A model generated the notes under the pieces. It was not told where the DNA came from and did not search any database. It saw only the letters and a list, made by a program, of their open reading frames with translations. The position numbers were made by a program, and so were the translations under genes. Below, one piece after another: positions 53,663-64,000 of a stretch of DNA of 64,000 nucleotides (its first letter is position 1; each line of letters starts with the position of its first letter). This DNA is from Octopus vulgaris (Eukaryota). The stretch covers positions 153,760,001 through 153,824,000 of the forward strand of contig OX597815.1 of the NCBI GenBank assembly GCA_951406725.2, in the 5' to 3' direction.

Positions 53663-53711
<49 letters not shown>

Positions 53712-53855
53712 AGTATATATATATATATATACATATTAGAAGGTTTGGAGGTGATGTACTGGTATTATATATTAGAAGAAATAAGGTACTCAGAAATCTG
53801 GATGGTTTTATATTCACAAATTTTTATTAATATATCATGTTTTTATAAATCATAT

Positions 53856-53894
53856 AATAGAGCTTGCATCTACTCTAGTAGACTCTTCAGATTT
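53856..53894 (-). ncRNA. Degenerate hammerhead-like motif
   Basis: CTGAAGA-gtctac taga gtagat-GCAA(mutated GAAA)-gc-TC. Stem I is poor. Confidence 0.4.
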
Positions 53895-53994
53895 GAATGT
53901 GTTTGAGATGATTCTTCTCTTTTATAGTATTGTTGAGTGTGTAGGGGTGGAGAGAGATAAAGGATAGTAAAAGAAGGTGAGGAATGGGGAGAAA

Positions 53995-54296
53995 GTGAGA
54001 GAGAGTCTGTGTGTTTTATTGTGTGTGTGTGTATGTGTTTGTGTGTGTGTGTGTGTGAGTGTGTGTCTGTGTATCTGAAAGAAGTGTCAATGGAAAAGAG
54101 AAGGAAGAAAGAAAGAAATCATTTGTATACATTTTTACAGCTGGTCAGTTCTTTCAATAGAAAGTGATGAATTGATTCTTGGTCTTTAAAAATGGTAAAA
54201 CCAGGTGGCTACTCTGAGGGGGGTCTTGATAAAAGTTATTTTTCAAAAAAATTGTCTGGATTTATTATCATGGTTATCATTATTGTCCAGTGAGAG

Positions 54297-54334
<38 letters not shown>

Positions 54335-54600
54335 TGTGTGCATGTGTGTTTGTGTATGTGTGTGTGCCTGTGTATCTGAAAGAAGTGTCAATGGAAAAGA
54401 GAAGGGAAGAAAGAAGGAAGAGAGAAAGAAGAAAAAATGTGTTTTTGTATTTCTTTCAATACAAAGTGATGAGTTGATTCTTGGCTTTTAAAAATAGCAA
54501 AACCAGGTGGCTACTCTAAGGGGGGGGTGGGGTCATGATAGAAGAAAAAATTGTGTTTACATCTATACAGCTGTTCAGTTCTTTCAATAGAAGATGACAA
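53995..54600. repeat. ~300-bp imperfect tandem duplication containing (GT)n
   Basis: tgtatctgaaagaagtgtcaatggaaaagagaagg and aaaaccaggtggctactct each occur twice. Confidence 0.8.
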
Positions 54601-54657
54601 ATTGAGAGTTATTTTTGAAAAATAAATTTTATAAATCAACCTGTCACACACACACAC

Positions 54658-54720
<63 letters not shown>

Positions 54721-56616
54721 GTCAGTTATCCATAAGTGAGAAACAGTGTACATTCTAAAAATGAATTTGAGCAGTTATATTTTTTATAGCTGAATTGTAT
54801 ATTCCTAGTTGAAATATATAATTGGTCTGAAAGCTCAGGATTACTCATTTTTGCCAGCTGAGTGGACTGGAGCAATGTGAAATGAAATGTTTTGTTCAAG
54901 AACGTAATGCATTTCCCAGTCCAGGAATTGAAACCACAATCTTACCATCATGAGTCCAACAACCTAACCACTAAGTTATGTGCCTCTGCCCTCGTACCCT
55001 AAAGAGTCACCTGAATACTTATTCACCTGTATATATCTTTGCAGCTCCAACTCATTATTCTCATCCTCTTTTCTAAATGTGAGAAGCCATGTAAACCCCT
55101 CCTTACTTTCTCTTATGGTTTAACCCCTCATCTTCTAACATTAGAGCCTTTTCTTGCTTAGGACCTTAGGTTTTGTAGTTACACAAGCTGCATGACAATC
55201 TCACCAGAGCTGGTGGCATGAAAAAACTACACAGTGCATACTGCAAAGTGGTTGGTGTCAGGAAGAGCATCGAGTTGTAGGAACCATACCAAAGCAGACA
55301 ATGGAACATGATGCAGTTCTTGGGCCTATCTGATCCTATCAAACCATCCAGTCCATGCCAGCAACAAACGTGTATGTTAATGGATAATGATAATTACGAG
55401 AGAAGAGAAAATAGGAGGGAAAGTGAAAACTAGTATCAGAAGGTTAGTGGGAGAGAATTAGAGAGTGATAGGACAATTGAGTGGGTCAAATAGGATAAAA
55501 ACTAGTGCTACCTTGCCATTATACATGGGTGTGTTAGGTGGTATGCGAAGGAAAGATATGATGGAAGCGGGTCATGGGAGTGAGAGGAAAAAGGGGACTA
55601 GTGAGAGAGAATCAGAGTGATAAAAGTAGTGGTGAGAATTGAGTAGGAGGAGGTGCACTGCCACCACATGTTATATATATGTGGTTATAGTGGTATGTAG
55701 AGGAGAGATACGATAAAAATGAGGGGCCAAGGTGTACTGTCAAGAAAGGTGAGGAAAGGTAGCTCTGTGTGCAATTCCACTTCGCTCAAGTATCTATTCA
55801 AGAGGAGAAAGGACGGGTAGCTGGATATAATTGATAGAAGTATGGAGAATGGACATATCTACTTGTCCCTTGCATCCCTCTCCAGCTAAACATTCCTATT
55901 CTTGTGGGCTTGTGAGTACTAGTGCCATGTAGAAAGCACATGTACTAGTGCTGTGTAAATGCACCCACGCTGGTGCTGCGTAAAAGCATCCAGTACACTC
56001 TGTAAAGAGGTTGGTGTGACAAAGGGCATTTTGCCATAGTAACCATGCCAAAACAGACATGGAACCTGGGCAGCTCTTCAGCGGGCCAGCTCCTGTCAAA
56101 CTGTCCAACCCATGCCAGCATGGAAAATGGATGTTAAATGATGATGATGACAATGATGTCCAAATCGAGTACTTTCTTGTCAGTAATGGGTTGTAAAACA
56201 TAAAGAGTAGAAGAGATGATGGGGTACAGAATAAGCCCAATGGTCTGGAGACTAGATAGTGGGAGGATGTGAGGGTACAGAATAGATAATAGACTCAAAT
56301 GGGGGATGCATACACATAACAATAGGCAAAGGAGACATGCATCTTTTAGCTTTTATTTCTTTCAGTCACTGAATTGTGGCTATGCTGGGGCATCATCTTG
56401 AAGGGTTTAGTCAAACAAATCAACCCTAGTATATATCATCATCATCATCATCGTCGTTTAACGTCCGTTCTCCACGCTAGCATATATATATATTTTTAAA
56501 AGTTTGACACTTAATCTATTAGTCCCTTTTGTGTTTGAGGACAAACACAATAGTCTTCCACACAGCTTCTGTGTACCGTAGAACTGTGGTTGACCCAGGG
56601 TTATAGTAAGAGACAC

Positions 56617-57006
56617 TCTCTTTACTCTTTTACTTGTTTCAGTCATTTGACTGCGGCCATGCTGGAGCACCACCTTTAATCGAGCAACTCGACCCCGGGA
56701 CTTATTCTTTTGTAAGCCCAGTACTTATTCTATCGGTCTCTTTTTGCCGAACCGCTAAGTAACGGGGATATAAACACACCAGCATCGGTTGTCAAGCAAT
56801 GCTAGGGGGACAAACACAGACACACAAACGCATATATATATACGACGGGCTTCTTTCAGTTTCCGTCTACCAAATCCACTAACAAGGCTTTGGTCGGCCC
56901 AAGGCTATAGTAGAAGACACTTGCCCAAGGTGCCACGCAGTGGGACTGAACCCGGAACCATGTGGTTGGTAAACAAGCTACTTACCACACAGCCACTCCT
57001 GCACGC

Positions 57007-57065
<59 letters not shown>

Positions 57066-57220
57066 TACGACAGGCTTCTTTCAGTTTCCGTCTACCAAAT
57101 CCACTCACAAGGCTTTGGTCAGCCCGAGGCTATAGTAGAAGACACTTGCCCAAGGTGCCATGCAGTGGGACTGAACCCAGAACCATGTGGTTGGTAAACA
57201 AACTACTTACCACACAGCCA
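56617..57220 (-). mobile_element. tRNA-derived SINE, full copy (56617-57000) plus a second head (57065-57220)
   Basis: Head ggctgtgtggtaagtagcttg...ggttcagtcccactgcgtggcaccttgggcaag and tail aagtaaaagagtaaag. Related copies occur at 32160, 48120-48490, 51955 and 60845. Confidence 0.85.
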
Positions 57221-57256
57221 TACATATGTGTGTATATACATAAATATTAGTATATA

Positions 57257-58473
57257 TTAGGTTGTTTCACATGAAATGTCGTATTTGAAAGGTAACAATA
57301 AAATGCCTCAAAAGTTTTAGAGAAGTGATTTATTTAATCAAAGTACGACCCATGCTCATTTATGATGTTTACCCAACGTTTCTCTATGTCATATATTTCA
57401 TCTTTAAAAAAATTCCTCTTTTGCTGCGATAAACTGTCTGAATGCTTCAATTACCTCTTCTCTATTTAAGAATGCTTTATTGCTTATGAAAAGCTCAAAA
57501 TGCTAAAATAATTGATGATCAGTAGGAGAGATATCAGGGGAATAGAGAGGATGTTGCAAAATCTCATAATTCAGGATTTGAAACTTTTGGACCGTAGTTT
57601 GAGGAGTGAAAATGTGCATTGTTGTGGAGTAAAATTGGACCATCTCTATTTACTAGTCTGGGTTGGGCTTCTTTTCCAAATTCTCATACATACAATCAAT
57701 TTCCTGGCAATACGATGTTGCTGTTACTGTTTTTCCTTGTTGCAAAAATCAATAATGAATAACTCCCTTCGCAGACCACCATACAGTGACCACTAACATT
57801 TTAGAGTGCAATGGTGGGTTTGGGTAGTGTTTAGGCGACTCTCCAGCATTAAATCACTGTCCTGTTCTCTTGCTGTTGTCAAAGAGTGTCCATTTCTCAT
57901 CACAAGTAATGATTTGATGCAAAAATGGTCTTTTTCCAACAGAGAAAGCAATAAGGAGCACACTCATTCAGTTGATGTGGAACATACCTATCTGTTTTCT
58001 TGACTTTTCCAATTTTTTACAGGTGTCTGAAAACAGTTGCGCAAGATGTATGGAGTTCTGATGAAAGTTTTCAAACCTTTGTCTTCGGATTTTGTTCAAC
58101 CAAAGTATTTAATCCATCATGCCGAATAACTGATTTTGGCCTACTCTTTGGTTTATTTTCAAGGCTATCATCTGAACAAGAGCTTTGGAACTATCTCTGA
58201 ACAGTTCTGATGTTAACAAAACCATTACCAAAGGCCTGCTTCATATTGCATAGAGCTTCTGCAGCAGAGTCACCCAGTTTGTACTCATATGAGAAAATCA
58301 CTCAACATAGTTTGGTTGTTATCATATCCATAAGGTCTGTGGGTAAGAATTTTGTACACCAGTATTGTTGGGAAAGAAAAGGAGTCACGATTAAATGCAA
58401 GTTATACATAATTGAGTTTTTAATTGACTGAAATAACAAGTAATGAAAAATGCAACATTTCATGTGAAACAAC

Positions 58474-58477
<4 letters not shown>
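57257..58477 (-). mobile_element. Near full-length (1221 bp) degenerate mariner with both TIRs
   Basis: ta|ttaggttgtttcacatgaaatg pairs with catttcatgtgaaacaacctaa|ta. Transposase remnants on the minus strand include ITCDEKW and LLHNNAHFH. Confidence 0.88.
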
Positions 58478-58512
<35 letters not shown>

Positions 58513-59370
58513 AGTATGTATATATCTATATATACACATAAGTTTGAATATACGGAGTGTATATTTCGTATTGAGTAAATGGTTAAAGTCAGTTGGGGTA
58601 TTTACAGAGAAGCACTCAACCTGAATACTGGGCTATCAACACTGTCGGAATCCAAGCCAAGGACGGAATACTTCTGGTGTAGAAAATCTAAGTTTCACGA
58701 CGATTATATTGTCATATGGTTTGGTGATGAGTAAATAATCCAAAGAAAAGAAGACAAAGAAAATTCTTTAACATATCTTTAATTAAAAGTTACATATGTT
58801 ACCGTACCATCTCCATTTGCAATGTGAGTTTATGCAGAAATTCTAAAAGAAGAATTACATAATATATGCGGTTTTAGGCAATGGAGAGGCACTTCTTCAG
58901 ACTTGCATCAAAGACATGCTATTACATTGTGCATATATATATATATTTCTTTTATTCTTTCACTTGTTTCAGTCATTTGACTGTGACCTTGCTGGAACAC
59001 CAGATACAAGGAGTTTTCATCAGAGTGATTCAAGCTAATAGGTATGCACTCTGAGTGCTCAAATAGGTATGCCACTAAAATTCTGGATGCCAGAAGGTAT
59101 GAGTTTGTGATTGCCTTATTCAAAGCACCTAGAAGTGGCTTCCCCTTGAGTCAATAGGTTCTAGTTTAAAGTAGATTGGTATTTAGGCAGTGTGTTACAT
59201 ATGATGTGGGTAATATCTTCAGTGTCAATTCTACAAAGTCTGCATTGGTTGTCACATTTTACTGCTTTTCCTGCATCTCTATCCCTTTTGTGCATCAGGT
59301 ATTTTGTTGATATTTCCTGAAAAGGCAAGACCTCACAAGAACATTTAATTTAGCTATATAATAAAATAAA

Positions 59371-60468
59371 CTGGGTTGGCAATTAAGTTCATGCTGCTTT
59401 TTTTTAAATTTTGGAATTTATTGCGTTTTTAAATTTTGGAATCTATTTGTTTCGAGAATTCTATTTTTGAATCATTTTGGAATCTATTTTGTTTTTTTAC
59501 TAATCAATTTTAGTTAATTTTTGTTTATTTTCAGATCATTAAAATCGAATGTCAAGTTAAGAAAAACAAGCATTTTCAACACCTTTTTGCTTTTGATCAA
59601 GGTTCTAAGACCGCAAAAGCTGCTCATGACATTTGTGCTGTGTATGGAGAGGGTGCCATAGCTGAAAGAACCGCTTGTGATTGGTATGCCAAATTTAAAA
59701 ATGGAAATTTTGACCTCAAAGACGCACCACATTCTGGCCGTCCAGTTCGATGAAGGGCGATTAAACCAACTTTTGCACGAAAATTCTTATCAAATGACAA
59801 GGGAACTGACAGAAAAGTCACACTGCTATAGAGAAGCATCTTCAGTCGATGGGAAAGATTCAGAAGTATGGAGCATGGTTTCCGCATGCTTTAAGTGACA
59901 ACAACAAAACTCAACGAGCCACAATCTCTGCTGGTTTGCTTGCTCGTCACTGCTCAACTCACAGACACAAGCAATGATGTTTTTACCGAATCATTACTAG
60001 GGATGAAAAATGGTGCCTGTACATTAATATGAAGCAGCGTAAGGAATGGCATAGTCCCAGTAAACAAGTGACACAGCGCGTGAAACAAGATCTTCATCCA
60101 CGTAAAATGATGTTGAGCGTATGGTGGGACTGGGAAGGAATTATCCATTATGAATTGCTTGAACGGAACCAAACGGTCAATGTGGGATTCTATGTTCAAC
60201 AGATGGAATGACTCAACATGGCTATTCAAGAAAAAAGACCTAATCGGCAGCATGGAGTTCTTCTGTTGCACAACAACGCCCACCCTCATATTGCCAATAT
60301 GACCAAGGAAGCCATTCAAACGCATGGCTGGGAAGTGCTGCGACGCTGGCTGTATGCTCCTGATTTGGTACCAACAAATGCTATGCATGGAGTTTCGTTC
60401 AATACTGATGCAGAGTTGAGAGCTTGGTTGGATCAGTTTTTCGAGTTGAAATTGGGTGATTTCTACTG
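59371..60468 (+). mobile_element. Second copy of the 23764 mariner family, 3'-truncated at a SINE fragment
   Basis: Has the same left TIR and 5' region. Retains the WVPH-like and ITRDEKW segment missing from the 23764 copy, plus MLSVWWD and LLHNNAHPH. Confidence 0.9.
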
Positions 60469-61754
60469 CTGGAGCCTCGTGGAGCTTTAGGTATTTTCGC
60501 TCAATAAACACTCACAATGCCCGATCTGGGAATCGAAACTGTGATCCTATGACAGCGAGTCAATATGTATATTTTGATCCCTCTAATGTTCATTTTTTCA
60601 TGCTTGCATGGCCCATCTGGAATTCAATGAAGCAGATTTTCTATGGCTGGATGCCATTCCTGTAGCCAAACCCCACTTGTTTCCAAGTAATGTAATAACT
60701 TCCCAAGGCCAGAACTGCTTTTTGAGGAAGACTGGAAATGTTTGATTACAACCATCATCTGATGTTGAGACAGGAGGGGGACACACATGCGAATATATAA
60801 GCATACATTACACACACACACAATACATATGTGTATGTGTGTGCAGCTGTATGGTAAGAAGCTTGCATCCTAGCAACATGGTTCTGGCTTCAGTCCCTCT
60901 ACATGGCACCTTGGGCAAGTATCTTCTACTTGGGCTGATCAAAGTCTTGTGGGTGGATCTGGTAGACAGAAACTGAAAGGAGCATGTTGTATGTGTTCAG
61001 CTTCACAACAACAGCACATCTGCCCTCAAAGCACGACCTTATTTCTCTACATAAACCCCAGAAACAAAGAAGATATTCTACGTAAGCATAAAATCATTAA
61101 AAGCAATGCCAAACTCTTCTCTAGAACAACGAACGCAAGAGTCGTATATATGGTGGCTGCCCCCTCGTTATCGAGTATGGCCATTGCACAAAGCTTAATC
61201 AATGTTATCGTGCAATGCCTGTGCAAGAAGATTTTTTTTAAAGTAAGGAAAGGCTGTACACTGAGTCAATCCCACTCACTAAGCAACAGCAGCCATAATC
61301 CGAAAAGAAGAACAAGTCAACATAATCAGTAACCACTGAGCTGCAGGTTTTATGTCGGAGTTATCCCAGTTACTTGAGTTACCTTCTAGAAGGATGACCT
61401 AACAAAGGCTAGGAGTCCTTCATTCCCAATGGTTTAACCGCGCGATCGGGTATTCAGTCCGATTATTTCTATGTCCCCGTGCATGATACAGCCTTAAGAC
61501 ATTTATTGGATGGCTGTAGACTCTCAAGAGTTCCTCCGCCCTTTGATGGGTTTTGTTTTTCATCCTGCAGGGTGTCCAATAAACACCCTCCTCATCAAGC
61601 AAGCTTGGTGGGGTTGCCGGTTTAGTCGCTGACAACCCGACCATGCAACATGTTGTACTGGGTTACATGTTACCAGTAGCACTTGAAAGTGACCTGACAT
61701 AAATATATATATATATATATAATCAAAATAAGCAACAAGAACGACTCCAGTAAT

Positions 61755-61840
61755 TTGGTACGATCGTTTCGTACTACATCATTTTATTAAATGTTGTAAG
61801 AATTACAACAGATTTAAGATGCTGAGTACTCATCAGCCAA
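61755..61840 (-). ncRNA. Type I hammerhead ribozyme in FMO intron 1, sense orientation
   Basis: ttgg-CTGATGA-gtact...agtac-GAAA-cgatcg-TA-ccaa. The core is canonical, stems I and II pair fully and stem III is the palindrome acgatcgt. Confidence 0.85.
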
Positions 61841-62228
61841 TTATAGAGGTTTTCCATTAATACAAAAATTTTCAAATCAAGTGGCAACATTATAGAGAAG
61901 ATAGATAAATAGACAAAGATGTAGATTTAAATGTTAAGAACATATGAGGTAGTAGAGTCCGTCCACTGACTGACTAAGATCTGGTTGTTCTGACTGCTGT
62001 AAGGTTAGAAGCAAAAGCCCCACGGATTTTTATGGATAACACCATACAAAATTCTGGTGCATCTAAATTAAGTACCATATTCATTTGAATCTAAATTTTT
62101 GCTGAACTTATAAATATATATATATACATACATATAGGGGGAGAATTCACAAAAAAACAAAGGACGAAGACAAGTAGTGTAGACAACAAACAGATGTATT
62201 AGATTAACGCTCGAGAAGTGAAAAAGTA

Positions 62229-62262
62229 TTTAACGTTTCGCACCTACGCTCTTCAACAGAAA
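62229..62262 (-). ncRNA. Degenerate minimal hammerhead-like motif
   Basis: ttt-CTGTTGA-a-gagc gtag gtgc-GAAA-cg-TT-aaa. The core has A6>U. Its architecture matches the motif at 16951. Confidence 0.5.
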
Positions 62263-62895
62263 AGAACACATACACAGACACACACATATATATAATTTCT
62301 AATATATAAGGCCAACTTTATTACATCCTCCCAGTAGCTATAAAATATGTACCAGGTACTTGTATTGATTTATTCTTCCTTCTCATGCATGCTTTTTTTT
62401 TTTTATAACTCAACATGAAAATGAAATAGCAAGAGTGTAAACAGAAATTCTGTATAAAGCGAAAACGTCGCTGTGATCGGAGTGGGCGACGAAGCTAAAC
62501 GGGTTACGTGGATTACGTGACAACGAGCTGGCGGTAAATTGCCAGGATACAGTTTAGGCTGTGATTGTCAGAGTAATCTGTGGCTTTACTGGAGGGTGAC
62601 TAATTAACCTTGGGTGGTTTTCCTCACCACTATTAGGGCTCTTTTCTTTTTAATTGACATCTCATTCGTTTCTAACTCTTTCCGTTGATCATTACATTTT
62701 TAAAACTATGAAATTGCTTTTGTATTCCTCTTTATTCGCTCCCCCATCGTCGTATCCCTTGTGGATAGTCAAAAAAGAATAGAAAACCAAAGAAAACGTA
62801 CTGAGCACTCACAGAAATTAGTAGCCTTGAGTTAGTTAGAAATCATAATTAATTGTAAATAAATAAAGAATTATTACTGTTTGAAACGATATTAC

Positions 62896-63228
62896 CTCAA
62901 TGAAAAACTGGATATATTTGTCCAAGTTAAATTTTTCGGAATACATATGCAGATATTTTAAAACATACGAATTGTGCATATAAACAGGGAAGTGTATTGG
63001 AGGAGGAAAGTCACTGTACGCCATCGTCTCTTTGCTAGTGTTTATCACAGTCGATTTCATAACAGTCGAGCGACCGAGTTCACTTTCTTCTTTATAACAC
63101 CACAATCCTCCAGTAACATCGTACTTTTCAAAGCAGACAGGTTCAAGACCTTCATCCAGACAGCTTTTAATAGCTGTTAGCCCGCTTGCACCAGCACCAA
63201 TTATTGCAATACATTTTTTCCCTTGCAT
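62896..63228 (-). CDS. Flavin-containing monooxygenase (FMO5-like), coding exon 1 (111 codons)
   Basis: MQGKKCIAIIGAGASGL carries the FAD-binding GxGxxG motif, followed by GGLW and NTSKETMAYSDFP. Donor GAG|GTAAT at 62895, phase 0. A pyrimidine-rich acceptor (...ttttctgtcatcag) ends at 63238, 9 nt upstream of the ATG, which implies an upstream non-coding exon. Confidence 0.95.
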
Positions 63229-63683
63229 CGTGTTGGTCTGATGACAGAAAAGTTAAAATAATGAATGAAACGAAAGGAAAATAACAAATGAAGGGAAGTA
63301 ACTCGCATCTCCACCTCCTCCAGTTGTGACACATAAAATGACATTTACTATGGAGAGAGAGGTGCGAGAGTGACAGAGTGAGAAGTGGAAGAGAGAGAGA
63401 GAGAGATAAGACAGAGGGGGAGAAACAGAGGGAGAGACAGAGAGAAAGCCATCCAGTGAATAGAGATAATTTTTTACTCTCATTCTGTTTTTTTTTATGT
63501 ATTATAATTAGACAACAGTAACTTTTATGCACGAGCGAATAGAGTATTATAAACGTTAAATAAAAGAGAGATAAAATAAAAGGCGAGTTAATCACGGTTA
63601 GGATGCTTTTGAATCATGACTTTCTTCAATCAAAGCTGACAAAAGCTTAAACAACGTTGACATTATCATCATTATCACCGCTG

Positions 63684-63756
63684 CGACAACAACAACAACA
63701 ACTACCACCAACACCACCACAACTACTACTACTACTACCACCACCACCGCCACCAC

Positions 63757-63796
<40 letters not shown>

Positions 63797-63838
63797 TCCG
63801 CCACCACCACCACCACCACCACCACCACCACCACCACC

Positions 63839-63926
<88 letters not shown>
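63684..63926. repeat. Compound trinucleotide repeat (CAA)(CAC)(CTA)(CCG)(CAC)(CTA)
   Basis: Direct reading. Confidence 0.95.
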
Positions 63927-64000
63927 TATCGCCCGATTCAGATCATGAATTTAACATTTTACATTTATCCAAAAAAATCCTCCTCTCTACTCCTAGTTAG

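Larger units (their letters stand above)
53265..53673. repeat. Near-perfect 409-bp palindrome made of two inverted Penelope-type 3' ends
   Basis: About 200-bp arms with a 7-nt loop at 53466-53472. By eye there are 1 substitution and 2 single-base indels. The right end abuts (TA)n. Confidence 0.95.

Noticed and set aside
63598-63849. Poly-Val/poly-Ala ORF as an upstream FMO exon
   Set aside because: It is a trinucleotide-repeat translation, and FMO homology starts at the ATG at 63228.

Overview
AT-rich, microsatellite-dense eukaryotic DNA. The SINE types and the (TA)n/(ATT)n/(CA)n density suggest an octopus (cephalopod) genome; this is an inference. There is one intact host gene: a minus-strand flavin-containing monooxygenase (FMO5-like) with 5 coding exons from 63228 to 30800. 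The exons join in frame through GT-AG introns to 542 aa. The rest is mostly decayed transposons: several mariners, a DD37D/maT element, a Tx1-type LINE, a Helitron Rep/Pif1 fragment with an intact 3' end, two Penelope GIY-YIG fragments, RTE and Dong/R4 fragments, MITEs and many tRNA-derived SINEs. The most unusual signal is about a dozen Penelope-type (type I) hammerhead-ribozyme motifs from several sequence families, mostly next to microsatellites. Four loci are inverted duplications (5063, 16429, 21378, 53265). One is a near-perfect 409-bp palindrome encoding a hammerhead on each strand inside FMO intron 1. Another is a tRNA-headed SINE carrying a hammerhead, inserted as one unit between a 10-bp target-site duplication. 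All structures were read by eye and no folding or database searches were run.
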